Source: Thermoanaerobaculia bacterium (GTDB taxonomy: Bacteria; Acidobacteriota; Thermoanaerobaculia; Multivoradales; Multivoraceae). Taken from it: DNA of 64,000 nt. Under the pieces are notes generated by a model, which ran no database searches, was not told the DNA's origin, and saw only the letters and a list, made by a program, of their open reading frames with translations. The translations under genes were made by a program, and so were the position numbers. Shown here piece by piece: positions 1 to 10,459 of the stretch. The stretch is taken from contig OY761158.1 of the NCBI GenBank assembly GCA_963664405.1, forward strand, positions 5,184,001 to 5,248,000, read 5' to 3'. The stretch's first letter is position 1. Every line of letters starts with the position of its first letter.

Positions 1-282
1 GTGGTCGGAGACGGCGAGAAAGTCCAGGGGTGGCCCTGACAATCGGATTGGCGAGCCATTGGTGTTCGGGATCGCCTCGCCTTTGGCATATCGATAAGCC
101 TGATCCGGCGTTGTTCGCACGCCGCCCATGAACGCGTCATAGGAAAAGGTCGTATGGATGTGGAGATCGCCGAAAAGAGCTCTCCGAGCCGCCGGCTCCT
201 CGGCCCCAGAGGCTTGTTTGGACCCTTCTGCCGCCAGCAGAGGGATCAGACAGCAGACCAGGAGTGTCGACTCGAATCGCAT
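1..282 (-). CDS. DUF3604-family secreted metallohydrolase-like protein, 5' part (runs off the window edge)
   Basis: Not in the ORF track. Manual translation from ATG 282 gives MRFESTLLVCCLIPLLAAE...LFGDLHIHTTFSYDAFMGGVRTTPDQAYRYAKGE...PLDFLAVSDH, with a signal peptide, typical DUF3604 N-terminal motifs and a GGGGA RBS. Confidence 0.8.
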   Translation of the reverse strand, partial: MRFESTLLVCCLIPLLAAEGSKQASGAEEPAARRALFGDLHIHTTFSYDAFMGGVRTTPDQAYRYAKGEAIPNTNGSPIRLSGPPLDFLAVSDH

Positions 283-340
283 GGTGTCCCCAATCTTGTT
301 TTTGAAGGGTCAACACCCTACCACCCGCTAGCAACCTCGC

Positions 341-1633
341 TTACGGGCGGGTCGAGACCGTGACCACCACCGACATTCCGGCGCGCAGTGGCCGCGTCGC
401 GTCGGAGGTGTCGTCAAAAACGATCTCCACCGGCAGCCGCTGAACCACCTTGACGAAGTTCCCGGTGGCGTTCTCGGGAGGCAGCAAGCTGAAGCTCGAC
501 CGGGTGGCGGCGCCGATCGACCCCACTCGTCCGCTGAAGCTGTGACCCGGATAGGCATCGACCTTGATCTTTGCGGCCTGGCCTGGCCGCATATGTTCGA
601 GCTGGGTCTCTTTGAAGTTCGCGACCGCCCACACATTGTCGATCTCGACGACGGCGAGCACGGCCTGGCCCGGACGCAGATACTCGCCCGACTCGACACT
701 CTTGCGGGCGACGACGCCGTCGACGGGAGCCAGGATCTTGGTGTATTCGAGATCGAGCTCCGCCCGTCTCAGGGCGGCGCGGGCGTGATCGACCGCGGCG
801 TTGGCTGAGACCGCCTCGGCCTCGGTGATGGCGACTCGCTGAGGCGCCATTGCCGCCGCTTCGGCGTCGGCCTGGCTACGACGGAGAAGCGACCGCGCCT
901 GAGCCTCGCGGCTCTCACTCATCGCGACTTCGTTCTCGGCCACGACGACGGCGGAGGTGGCCGCGTCGGCAGCCGCACTCTGAGCATGCTCGACCTCGAC
1001 GGCCGATTCGAACTCCTGGCGAGAGATCTCGTCGCGGGCAATCAGGGGCTCGTATCGCTTCAGGTCCTGACGCACTCGTTGGTGCTCGGCTTCGGCCTCT
1101 CGCAGCCGGGATCGGGTGATCTCGAGGCGCGCGCGTGAGGCGGCGACATCGTGCTCGGCGAAGCGGACTCCGGCCTCGGCGTCCTCTACCGAGGCTCTTG
1201 CGCTGGCGAGTGCGCTGCCGGTGGTGGTCGTGGCCAGGGGCACGCCCGTCTCCGCCGCTCTGGCCTTGGCGAGAGCCTCTTCGAGATCGGCGCGTGCCTG
1301 GGTGAGCGCGACCTGGTGATCGGCGGGATCGATCTCGACCAACAATGCTCCCTTCTCGACCGATTGGTTGTCGCCGACATGGACCTCCAGCACCAGGCCG
1401 GAGACCCGTGGGGCGACAGGGTGAATGGGCGCCTTGATACGGGCATCGTCCGTCGACTCTCGGCCACTGAAGTACCACCACAGACCGACGCTCGAGACGA
1501 CTAGGATGAGGCTGAGACCCGCGACGATCCTACGATTTCGGCCCGAGGCCGACACACCCAGCTGACGCCGCGGGCGTACGGGTGTCGGTGGGTCCGCAGC
1601 CGGCGACGCGGGTGTTGGGTGAGGTTCCGCCAT
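341..1633 (-). CDS. HlyD/EmrA-family membrane fusion protein
   Basis: One N-terminal TM, ESTDDA motif, lipoyl halves, coiled coil and SLLPPENATGNFVKVVQRLPV (EmrA signature); start taken at ATG 1633. Confidence 0.92.
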   Translation of the reverse strand: MAEPHPTPASPAADPPTPVRPRRQLGVSASGRNRRIVAGLSLILVVSSVGLWWYFSGRESTDDARIKAPIHPVAPRVSGLVLEVHVGDNQSVEKGALLVEIDPADHQVALTQARADLEEALAKARAAETGVPLATTTTGSALASARASVEDAEAGVRFAEHDVAASRARLEITRSRLREAEAEHQRVRQDLKRYEPLIARDEISRQEFESAVEVEHAQSAAADAATSAVVVAENEVAMSESREAQARSLLRRSQADAEAAAMAPQRVAITEAEAVSANAAVDHARAALRRAELDLEYTKILAPVDGVVARKSVESGEYLRPGQAVLAVVEIDNVWAVANFKETQLEHMRPGQAAKIKVDAYPGHSFSGRVGSIGAATRSSFSLLPPENATGNFVKVVQRLPVEIVFDDTSDATRPLRAGMSVVVTVSTRP

Positions 1634-1635
1634 AC

Positions 1636-3126
1636 TCAGGGTGGGCCGGCAAGAAGATCGTCGAGGGCGTCCTCGGCGTTGCCAAGGGCCCGCGCGGTCT
1701 GAACCTGGTGCAGACTGTGCCGGTAAAGGCTGGAGATCCACCCTTCGTTCGCACGGGCCAGAGCCTCCTGGGCCTCGACGACCTCGAGATTGCTCGTGAC
1801 GCCTGCGGCGAAACGGTTCTGGGCCTGCTCCAGCTGCTGGGTGGAGAGGTCGAAAGCGGCGCGAGTGACGACCGCCTCTTCGGCCGAGGCCTCGAGGTCT
1901 AAGAGGAGGGAGCGCACCTCGTAGTAGACCGCCGCCTCGAGCTCACGGAGCTCGGTTTCTCTGGCGCGGAGCTCCGCTGCGGCGCGCAGCTGGTTGCCGC
2001 GCATCTCTCCTCCTTCGAAGAGGGGCACGCGGACTCTCGCTGCGAGGTCGAAGGTCTCTTTGGCACTCGAAGCGTCACCGCCGAGGAGACCGTAGTCGCC
2101 CTCGAGGCGAAAGGAGGGAAGGCGCTCGCCTCGCGCGGATTTCACCGCCTGGCCGGCAGCGTCCAAGCGGGCTGAAGCCGCCGCCAGGTCACTGCGGCGC
2201 TCGTAGGCGGTGAGCAGGGCCGCCTCCAGATCGGGAGCCGGCGCTGGTGAGTCGCGAATGCGGTCGATCAGCTCAATCTCCTGGCCGAGGGGGAGCCCGA
2301 TCATTCTTGCCAAGGCGAGCTTCTGTTTCGCAAATCCGTTGCTGGCGACAATCAGGCGCTGGCGCTCTTGCTCGCGACGGACGCCGGCTCTCAATACCTC
2401 GATACCGGCCACCCATCCTGCTTCTTTGCGGTTCACGGCCATGGCGTGGAGAAGCTCGGCGGTTTCGAGCTGCGCCTGAGTTGCGTCGACCAACGCTCGC
2501 GCAGCGATCGACCGGAGATAGGTCTCGACCACCGCCTGGACCAAGAAGCCTCGGGCGTCTTGGTAGCTGAGCTCCTCCGCTCGCAGTGCGGCGAAGCCTT
2601 CGCGCCCGGCGTGTAAGGCCTCGGCGTCGAGGAGGCGCCAGGAAAGGAAGAGTCGGCTGTCGAACACTCCGAAGGGACCGACGATGTCGGGGAGGTCGTT
2701 GATCGACGAGAAGCCGATGACGTCGAGATTGATCTGTCGGCTGGACTGCCCGATCGAGGCCTCGAGGCGGGGGAGTCGGTCACTGCGGTCGATCAGGCGA
2801 TCGCCGCGACGCTCCTCGATCCGCTCTCCCGCGAGTAGGACGCCAAGATTCTGATCGAGGCCACGGCGCACTGCCTCTCGTAGAGTGAGCGCCATGGGCT
2901 GGTCGCTGCGCTCGCCCGTGGGCACACCGCCGGCAAAGTCCGTTTCCGCGGCGGCCCTGACTGCCGGTTGCCTCTGGTCGCGATTCGCTCCGCCTTGGTC
3001 GCGATGTAGGCCTTGCGCCCTCGCTTCGGGGCCATCGAAAGCAAAGAAAAACAGTGCAGTCAGGAGCAGATAACGCAGCCTGTCACGGGTATTCAGGACG
3101 ATCGGCTTGGCAGTCAAGGACGACAT
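1636..3126 (-). CDS. TolC-family outer membrane efflux protein
   Basis: Signal peptide and two OEP repeats (LTLREAVRRGLDQN, RFAAGVTSNLEVVEAQ); lies 2 bp upstream of the HlyD gene; start approximate. Confidence 0.9.
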   Translation of the reverse strand: MSSLTAKPIVLNTRDRLRYLLLTALFFFAFDGPEARAQGLHRDQGGANRDQRQPAVRAAAETDFAGGVPTGERSDQPMALTLREAVRRGLDQNLGVLLAGERIEERRGDRLIDRSDRLPRLEASIGQSSRQINLDVIGFSSINDLPDIVGPFGVFDSRLFLSWRLLDAEALHAGREGFAALRAEELSYQDARGFLVQAVVETYLRSIAARALVDATQAQLETAELLHAMAVNRKEAGWVAGIEVLRAGVRREQERQRLIVASNGFAKQKLALARMIGLPLGQEIELIDRIRDSPAPAPDLEAALLTAYERRSDLAAASARLDAAGQAVKSARGERLPSFRLEGDYGLLGGDASSAKETFDLAARVRVPLFEGGEMRGNQLRAAAELRARETELRELEAAVYYEVRSLLLDLEASAEEAVVTRAAFDLSTQQLEQAQNRFAAGVTSNLEVVEAQEALARANEGWISSLYRHSLHQVQTARALGNAEDALDDLLAGPP

Positions 3127-3400
3127 CAAGTTCTCGGCTGCTGGTCTAGGGGCACGGTACTGTGGGGGCCGCTCAGTGTAACACCGACCCGACAGGTCGC
3201 TTCGATTGGGCGGCGGGGCCCAGGATCGACGGATCCGGAAGGACAGCACGTCGTCGTACCAAGGAAGCGATCATTTCCCGCCTCCGAGGGCTGTTCTTCT
3301 TCGCGACAGGCGATATGATCCGCGCCTCGGCAGGTCGTGTGGAGGCGCCTCCATGCATAGGCCTGAACTTCAAACATAAAGAGTCGCTAGGAGTCGTTGC

Positions 3401-5572
3401 ATGACGGAATATGTCCCCGCAGGAGGCCTTCAGGTCGCTCGACGGATCTATGACCTGGTGCATGACGAGATCGCGCCAGGCACCGGTGTGGACTCGGATT
3501 CGGTTTGGGCTGGGCTGGGATCGATCGTCGCCGACCTGGGACCCAAGAACCAGGCTCTGCTCGACAAGCGTGACACGCTGGCGGCTAAGATCGACAATTG
3601 GTACCGTGATCGCAAGGGCCAGGCTTTCGACGGCGCCGAAATGGAGGCCTTTCTGCGCAAGATCGGCTACCTGGTGCGAGAGGGGAAGGGTTTCGAGATC
3701 GAGACCGAGAACGTCGATGCGGAGATCTCGACTCTTGCCGGTCCGCAGTTGGTGGTTCCGATCGACAACGCGCGCTATGCGTTGAATGCCGCTAATGCGC
3801 GTTGGGGGAGTCTCTACGATGCCTTCTATGGCACCGATGTGATCTCCGAGGATGACGGCGCTGGGCGCAGTGGTCCCTATAACCCGGTGCGCGGCGACCG
3901 TGTTATCGCACGCGCCAACACCTTCCTCGATGAAACCGTGCCGCTCGAGGCCGGCAGTCACTCGGAGGTGACGGGTTTCGCCGTAACGAAGGGTGCGCTC
4001 GTCTTCACTCTAGAGAGCGGCGAGAAGACAGGGCTTGCCGACACCGCGGCCTTCGCCGGCTACCAGAAGAAGGGCTTCGAACTGTCGAGCGTGCTACTCG
4101 TGCACCATGGGTTGCATATCGATATCCAGATCGATCCGTCGCACCCGATCGGCGAAGCACACAAAGCCGGGGTCAAAGACGTAGTGCTCGAGGCCGCGAT
4201 CTCGACCATCACCGACTGTGAGGACTCGGTCTCAGCGGTCGATGCCGACGACAAAGCGCTGATTTACCACAATTGGACTGGCATCATGAAAGGCAGCTTG
4301 GAGGCGGATCTCGAAAAAGACGGTCGTTCAATCGTTCGCCGCCTCAATCCGGATCGCGTTTACATCGGGCCATCCGGAGAGTCTGTCACTCTCCACGGGC
4401 GCAGCTTGCTCCTGGTGCGCAACGTGGGCAATCACATGATGACCGACATCGTGAAGACGGCGGCCGGCGACCCGGTCCCCGAGACCTTCGTCGACGCCAT
4501 GCTCACCGTTCTTGCGGCGATTCACGACCTCGTTGGTGGCGGCGCTATCCGCAACAGTCGCGTCCGCAGTGTTTACATCGTCAAGCCGAAGCACCACGGT
4601 CCCGAGGAGGTCGCTCTTTCGGTCGAGCTCTTTGGCCGCGTAGAAGAGGTCTTGGGGCTACGCCCGAACACCATCAAGATCGGCATCATGGACGAGGAGC
4701 GTCGCTGCACCGTCAACCTCAAGGAGTGCGTGCGCGTGGCGAAGGAGCGGGTGATCTTTATCAACACGGGCTTTCTCGATCGTACTGGGGACGAGATGCA
4801 CACCGCGATGGAAGCGGGCCCGATGATGCCGAAGCCGGAGATCAAGAACGCGCCTTGGATGCTCGCCTATGAGGATTGGAACGTGGACGTGGGTCTCGAG
4901 AGTGGTCTCGCCGGGCGGGCGCAGATCGGCAAGGGGATGTGGGCGATGCCTGACGAGATGAAGGCGATGCTCGATTCGAAGGCGGCGCATCCGGAGGCAG
5001 GTGCAAATACGGCCTGGGTGCCGTCGCCGACGGCGGCGACTCTCCACGCCCTGCACTACCACGAGGTCGACGTCTCGTCGCGGCAAACGGTTCTTGCCGA
5101 GCGACAGCGCGCCAGTCTCGATGCGATCCTTACTCCGCCGCTTCTCGACGGCCGTGAGCTGACCGCCGACGAAATTCAGAGAGAGCTCGACAACAACGCC
5201 CAGGGAATTCTGGGCTACGTGGTTCGTTGGGTCGATCAGGGGATCGGCTGCTCCAAGGTCCCTGACATCAACGATGTCGGCCTGATGGAGGATCGAGCGA
5301 CCCTGCGGATCTCGAGCCAGCACATCGCCAATTGGCTGCATCACGGCGTAACCAACGAGCCCCAAGTCATCGAGACCCTCGAGCGCATGGCGGCAATCGT
5401 CGATCGACAGAACGCGGGCGACGCCGCCTACCACCCGATGGCCCCCGGCTTCGACGAAAGCATCGCCTTCCAGGCCGCCAAGGACCTGATCTTCCACGGC
5501 CGCAACGAGCCCAACGGCTATACGGAGACGGTGCTGCATGCGCGGCGGCGGGAGATGAAGGGTAAGGAGTAG
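3401..5572 (+). CDS. glcB: Malate synthase G
   Basis: 723 aa; [43 protein letters not shown] and [13 protein letters not shown] motifs. Confidence 0.97.
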   Translation: MTEYVPAGGLQVARRIYDLVHDEIAPGTGVDSDSVWAGLGSIVADLGPKNQALLDKRDTLAAKIDNWYRDRKGQAFDGAEMEAFLRKIGYLVREGKGFEIETENVDAEISTLAGPQLVVPIDNARYALNAANARWGSLYDAFYGTDVISEDDGAGRSGPYNPVRGDRVIARANTFLDETVPLEAGSHSEVTGFAVTKGALVFTLESGEKTGLADTAAFAGYQKKGFELSSVLLVHHGLHIDIQIDPSHPIGEAHKAGVKDVVLEAAISTITDCEDSVSAVDADDKALIYHNWTGIMKGSLEADLEKDGRSIVRRLNPDRVYIGPSGESVTLHGRSLLLVRNVGNHMMTDIVKTAAGDPVPETFVDAMLTVLAAIHDLVGGGAIRNSRVRSVYIVKPKHHGPEEVALSVELFGRVEEVLGLRPNTIKIGIMDEERRCTVNLKECVRVAKERVIFINTGFLDRTGDEMHTAMEAGPMMPKPEIKNAPWMLAYEDWNVDVGLESGLAGRAQIGKGMWAMPDEMKAMLDSKAAHPEAGANTAWVPSPTAATLHALHYHEVDVSSRQTVLAERQRASLDAILTPPLLDGRELTADEIQRELDNNAQGILGYVVRWVDQGIGCSKVPDINDVGLMEDRATLRISSQHIANWLHHGVTNEPQVIETLERMAAIVDRQNAGDAAYHPMAPGFDESIAFQAAKDLIFHGRNEPNGYTETVLHARRREMKGKE

Positions 5573-5632
5573 GAAGTAGGAAGTAAGCAGTAAGCAGTAA
5601 GCAGTGAGAAGTGAGAAGTAAGAAGTAGGAAG
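5563..5632 (+). repeat. Tandem heptamer repeat (10 degenerate units of TAGGAAG/TAAGCAG/TGAGAAG type)
   Basis: Read directly: TAAGGAG TAGGAAG TAGGAAG TAAGCAG x3 TGAGAAG x2 TAAGAAG TAGGAAG. Confidence 0.9.
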
Positions 5633-6064
5633 CGAGCGCTATTCCGCTGAGCGGATCCTCGAAGGAGGAATGGACGACCCTCTTTTCTCGCTCGAGCAGA
5701 CGCCGCGCCGCGGTCTCGTCGCTCTCGACAATCACGATGTCGGTGCCCGCTCGCTCGAGCTCGTCGCAAAGGTCTGCGACCGCCGGTCCGTAACCGTAGA
5801 TGAGCACACCGTCGTGGACCGGCGACGCCTTTTCAGGAAGGCGCCGCTCGAAGCGTTCCTCCAATGCAGGGATGAGATAGAAGGGGAAACCTGACCGTAT
5901 CCGGTGGTCGTAAGGGTTTCTGCTGCCCACCCCAGGCTGCGCCAGAATCCACGGCTCTTGCCCTCCAAGGTGGCCATGCCCACCATGTAGAGAAGGGAGC
6001 TCGCAATCAGCACAAGGACGAGGCTGCCAACCAGGGCGAGTAGCCGGCGGTGCGAGCGCTCCAT
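5633..6064 (-). pseudogene. Potassium channel/TrkA-domain protein, internally deleted and 3' truncated
   Basis: TM1 plus selectivity filter TLTTTGYG in one frame, then a jump to another frame with FPFYLIP...VLIYGYGPAVADL (RCK/TrkA-N Rossmann fold), ending at the heptamer repeat. Confidence 0.8.
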
Positions 6065-6155
6065 GATGGGATTCTAGCGCCAGCCCTCGAGGAGCACGCC
6101 ACCTGGTCGCGCGCTCGTCACTTTGATCCTCCGCGACCGACCGCGACTCGTGCGG

Positions 6156-9100
6156 CTAGGCGGTCGCGGCTCGAGTCTCTTTGGGGTGGATCTCGTCGAG
6201 CTCGACCGCCACCAGTTTGGAGACTCCCTTCTCCTCCATGGTCACACCGTAAAGCGTACTTGCGGCCTCCATCGTCAGCTTGTTATGACTGATGACCAGG
6301 AACTGGATATCCGCCGAGTAACGGCGAAGAAGGTCGACGAATCGCAACACGTTGGCATCGTCGAGGGGAGCGTCGGCTTCGTCGAGAATACAGAAGGGTG
6401 AAGGCTTGGTCTTGAACAGGGCGAAGAGTAGAGCAATCGCTGTTAGAGCTTTCTCGCCGCCGGATAGGAGTGTGATGTTCTGCATCTTCTTGCCCGGTGG
6501 GCGAGCCACGATCTCGATGCCGCTCTCGAGCACGTCCTCTTCGTCGAGCAGACGCATCTCGGCCTCTCCGCCGCGGAAGAGATCGGAGAAGACCTCGTTG
6601 AAGCTCTTGTTTACGATGGCGAAGGTCTCGCGGAAGCGCTCACTCGAGGTCTGATTGATCTCGCGGATGGTGCGGCGCAGACTCTCGACCGAGCTGGTCA
6701 CGTCGGCCCGCTGCTCGGTGAGGAATGTGAAGCGCTCCTCCTGCTCGTCGTACTCTTTAGCAGCCAACAGATTGACCGGCCCCAGACGTTCGAGCAGCTC
6801 TTTGCGCTCTTCGATCTGGGCTTCGATCTCTTCGATTGAGAGTGCCTCTATCTGCAGCCCGCCGAGGCTGTCGGCCTCGGGTGCGCGAGCCTCGGCCGGT
6901 GCATCTGCGATCGGGCACCCGACCTTCTCGGCATAGGTCTCGGCCACGTGCTCGGCGTCTTGCTCCAGGGTCGCTTCGCTAACTCGGGCGTCCTGGATCA
7001 GGGCTCGATGCCCCTCTCTCTGGCTGCGTACCTTCTCGACTCCCTCATTGAGCTCGCCAAGTCGCTGCCGCTTCTCGGTCAGCTCCTCTTCTTCGCCCTT
7101 GGCGCGCTGTTGCACCGTGGAACGTTGCTCTAGCGCTTCCTGGAGCTCTCGCTCGGCGGCTTCGATGCCTTGACCCAGGTCGAGCTGTCGGCGCGCGAGC
7201 TGATCCTCTTCGTCTGCGAGCTCTTTGCGCTGCCGCGTCAGCTCGTCGATTCGATGTTGCAACCTGCCCGTCTCTTGGCGATGACTCTCCATCCGCTCTT
7301 GAAGGAGATCCAGTCTGCCCTGGCGGCCGGCACCGGCGGTCGAAACTTGCTCGCGGTGATCGCGCCCTGCATCGAGCTCACTCTGGGCATGGTCGAAGCT
7401 CTTCTCCAACTCGAGATGAGCGCCCTGCCGTTCGTCTACCTGTTCTCGAAGCTGGTCCCGGCGCTGGCCGATGGTCTGGAGCTCGGCGACGATGTCGCGC
7501 TCCTGCTGCTCGAGGCCGGCGCGGCTCTGCTCCAGCTCGGCGAGGCGTTGGGCGGCTTCCTGGGCTCGGGTCTCGGCGACCGCAAGCTCTTGACGCACCG
7601 CTACGATCTCTCTTGCTAGGCGGTTGCTGGTCTCGGCCTGGAGGGTGCGGCGGCCGACCAGCGTCTCGAGCAGCTCGGCCGTGCCCTCGAGCTCCGCCTC
7701 GCGGGCGGGGAGGGAGGTGGTGATCTCCTGCATTTCTCGTTTGCGGGCGAGCGCGCCAGGGCGTGCTTCTTTGCCCTGTACGCGGAGCAGGCCTCCTTGG
7801 GCCCACAGCCGGTCGCGACTGAGGAAGGCGACTCCAGCATGGAGTCGTGCCAAGCGCTCGGCGTCGGCTGCTGCGGCCACCAGGAAGGCAGGCGGAAGGC
7901 TAGCGGCGTAGGGCTCCTCGAGGCCCAGGGCGGTGGCGAGCGAGTCGAGAACGGCAGGGTCGTCGATTTGGGGCCGGTCGACGGTTTCGAGCGTCGCCTG
8001 AAGCAGGGCGCCGCTTGAGCCTTTGCTAGCGAGGATCCGCGCCAGGGCAAGCGGATCTTCATCCTGAGGCACGATCACCGCGTCGCGGAATGCTTCGAGG
8101 TAGAGGTCGATGCTGTGCTCCCAGCCCGCCGGGACGGCGAGCTCATCGCCGAGAAAACGGGGCTTCTCCAGCCCTGCCGCCTCGAGAGTGTCCTCGACGC
8201 GATGGCGGCGCTCTTCCGCCGCAGCTTCGAGCTGCTCGATCAGCTCTAGACGCTGGTTGAAGGCGCTGACTTCTTCACGCAGTCGTGCGAGCTCCCCACT
8301 GGCGTCGGCTTCTTCGCTGAGAGTCTGCTCGAGCTCTTCGTTGGTGTCGGCGAGCTCTCCGCTCTTGGTGCGCGCCGCGGCTTCGAGCTCGATCGCGCGA
8401 CTCTGGGTCTCTTCGCGGAGTTTAGTGGCGACTGCCAGCCGATCAGCCAGCTTGGCGGCTTCGGAGCTGTTGTGCTCGTGCCTGAAGTCGGCCTTCTCGG
8501 TCTCGATCTGCACCTGGTGCAACCGCGCCTGAAGGGCGTTTGTTTGGGCGCTCGAGGCCATGACTTCAGCGCGAAGGGTCTCGACGCTCGCGCTCGCCTC
8601 GCGCAGATCAGCTTGAGCCAGCTCGATTGCTTGTTGATCTTGGGCTACTGCGCTCTCTGCGGCGCCGAGCTCACTCTCCAACTCACCGTGACTCGATCTA
8701 CAGGCGTCGAGACTCGCTTGATAGCCGCGAATCTCTTCGCCTAGCTTCTCGGCCAGATGCGCGCCTCGTGAAAGCCGATCGCCGGCGTCTTCCAACGCCT
8801 GCCGAGAGCCCTTTAGGTATTCGTTCCGGCCCTCGATCAACGCACGCAGATCGGACTGGCGAGCGTGCTGCTCGCTGAGCCCCTGCGCCAGCTTCTCGGC
8901 CTCTTCGCGGCCGGAGGCGAGCGCGGCCTCATCGCCGTGCAGGCGAGCTGAAAGCTCCGCGTCTTCGGCTTCCAGTACGCCAAGGCGCTTTCTGACATCG
9001 CCGAGACCTTCCTGGACCTCATCCCATCGGCGCAGATTGAGGACGCCGAGGAGCACGTCGTGCTCGGACTCTTTTTCGCGGTATCGGCGAGCGGCATTTG

Positions 9101-9728
9101 CCTGGCGCTTCAGCGAGCGCAGCGTGCGCTCGGCCTCAGAGAGGATGTCGTCGAGTCGCTGAAGGTTGGAACCGGCCTCCTCGAGCTTGATCTCGGCGAC
9201 ACGCTTTCGAGCCTTGTAGCGAGTGATGCCGGCTGCCTCTTCGAGCAGCTTGCGGCGCTCTTGGGGGTTGCCGGAGAGGATGGTGTCGACCTGCCCTTGA
9301 CTGATGACCGAGTAGGAGCGAATTCCGAGCCCGGTGTCCATCAGCAGGTCTCGGATGCGCTTCAGGGTGACCACTTTGCCGTTGAGGCGGTATTGACTCT
9401 CGCCGGTGCGGAAGACGCGGCGGCCGATCGCAACTTTGCCTTCGACCGCGACTTCTACCGAGGGATCGGCGAGTAGGGTGAGGTTCACTTCAGCCATGCC
9501 GAGGGCTCGGCGACCTTGCGAGCCGTTGAAGATGACGTCCTCCATGCGCTGGCCACGGAGGAACTTGATGCTCTGCTCGCCAAGCGCCCAGGTGACGGCT
9601 TCGGCGAGGTTGCTCTTGCCGCAGCCGTTAGGCCCGACAATCGCGGTTATGCCTGGGGCGAAGTCGGTCGCTACAGGGTCGACGAACGACTTGAAGCCCG
9701 AGATCTCGAGTCGGTGGAGGGTCAGCAT
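6156..9728 (-). CDS. smc: Chromosome partition protein SMC
   Basis: GFKSF, Walker A GPNGCGKSN, long coiled coils, LSGGE signature and LDEADAPLD; start at MLTLHRLE. Confidence 0.96.
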   Translation of the reverse strand: MLTLHRLEISGFKSFVDPVATDFAPGITAIVGPNGCGKSNLAEAVTWALGEQSIKFLRGQRMEDVIFNGSQGRRALGMAEVNLTLLADPSVEVAVEGKVAIGRRVFRTGESQYRLNGKVVTLKRIRDLLMDTGLGIRSYSVISQGQVDTILSGNPQERRKLLEEAAGITRYKARKRVAEIKLEEAGSNLQRLDDILSEAERTLRSLKRQANAARRYREKESEHDVLLGVLNLRRWDEVQEGLGDVRKRLGVLEAEDAELSARLHGDEAALASGREEAEKLAQGLSEQHARQSDLRALIEGRNEYLKGSRQALEDAGDRLSRGAHLAEKLGEEIRGYQASLDACRSSHGELESELGAAESAVAQDQQAIELAQADLREASASVETLRAEVMASSAQTNALQARLHQVQIETEKADFRHEHNSSEAAKLADRLAVATKLREETQSRAIELEAAARTKSGELADTNEELEQTLSEEADASGELARLREEVSAFNQRLELIEQLEAAAEERRHRVEDTLEAAGLEKPRFLGDELAVPAGWEHSIDLYLEAFRDAVIVPQDEDPLALARILASKGSSGALLQATLETVDRPQIDDPAVLDSLATALGLEEPYAASLPPAFLVAAAADAERLARLHAGVAFLSRDRLWAQGGLLRVQGKEARPGALARKREMQEITTSLPAREAELEGTAELLETLVGRRTLQAETSNRLAREIVAVRQELAVAETRAQEAAQRLAELEQSRAGLEQQERDIVAELQTIGQRRDQLREQVDERQGAHLELEKSFDHAQSELDAGRDHREQVSTAGAGRQGRLDLLQERMESHRQETGRLQHRIDELTRQRKELADEEDQLARRQLDLGQGIEAAERELQEALEQRSTVQQRAKGEEEELTEKRQRLGELNEGVEKVRSQREGHRALIQDARVSEATLEQDAEHVAETYAEKVGCPIADAPAEARAPEADSLGGLQIEALSIEEIEAQIEERKELLERLGPVNLLAAKEYDEQEERFTFLTEQRADVTSSVESLRRTIREINQTSSERFRETFAIVNKSFNEVFSDLFRGGEAEMRLLDEEDVLESGIEIVARPPGKKMQNITLLSGGEKALTAIALLFALFKTKPSPFCILDEADAPLDDANVLRFVDLLRRYSADIQFLVISHNKLTMEAASTLYGVTMEEKGVSKLVAVELDEIHPKETRAATA

Positions 9729-9847
9729 CGGATCGAAGGGAAGATACCAGAGGGGTCGGAGCAACCACAAGACCTAGGGGGCCACTTTTCTGAAAACACA
9801 AGATGTAGTGGCGCGATCCGCGCCCGAGTCAGGGCCCGGTCGCCTAG

Positions 9848-10459
9848 CTACGAGCCTTTTCTCGCTCGGGCCGGGGCTCGGGGCGCTTCGCCGCCGATGA
9901 GCACATCCCAGTAGAACGCGCTCCAGAGAATCAGTGGCAATCCGAACTTGAAAGGTAGGTCGAGGAGGTGCTTGCCGAGTCCCCAGAAGGTCTGGCCAAA
10001 AGTGCTGTAGTGCTCCTCGCTCCAGGCTCCAAGCTGAGTGGCATAGACGAACTTGACCCAGAAAACCACGAGGACGATGTGGAAGAAGACGGTGATCAGG
10101 GTCGCCCAGCCGGTTTTTGCAAGACGGGCGGTGAGCGGAGCTCCGGGGACCGCGAGAAAGAGCGCCCACATGAAGACCATGGGGAAGTGGATGTCGGTCG
10201 TTCTTACCGAGTAGAGGAAGCGACGATCGGTCTTGTAGTCGTCGCGGGTGATGACGAGAAAGTGCTGCTCTTGTCTGGGGCGCTCCTCGTCTATCGGCGC
10301 GGCGTAGAGATGAGTCACTCCCGGGCGCTCACTGAGGCGCACCAGAGTCTCCGCGCTGGACCGCAGAAAGGTGTTGTAGAAGGGGGTGCCGAGAATCCAG
10401 ATCAAGACCGAGGGGATGAGCCAGATGGCGAGATTGCGAAGAAAGCGGGGGTAGGGCAT
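9848..10459 (-). CDS. Exosortase H-associated membrane protein (putative)
   Basis: About 203 aa with several TMs; its ATG overlaps the xrtH stop (translational coupling). Confidence 0.65.
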   Translation of the reverse strand: MPYPRFLRNLAIWLIPSVLIWILGTPFYNTFLRSSAETLVRLSERPGVTHLYAAPIDEERPRQEQHFLVITRDDYKTDRRFLYSVRTTDIHFPMVFMWALFLAVPGAPLTARLAKTGWATLITVFFHIVLVVFWVKFVYATQLGAWSEEHYSTFGQTFWGLGKHLLDLPFKFGLPLILWSAFYWDVLIGGEAPRAPARARKGS

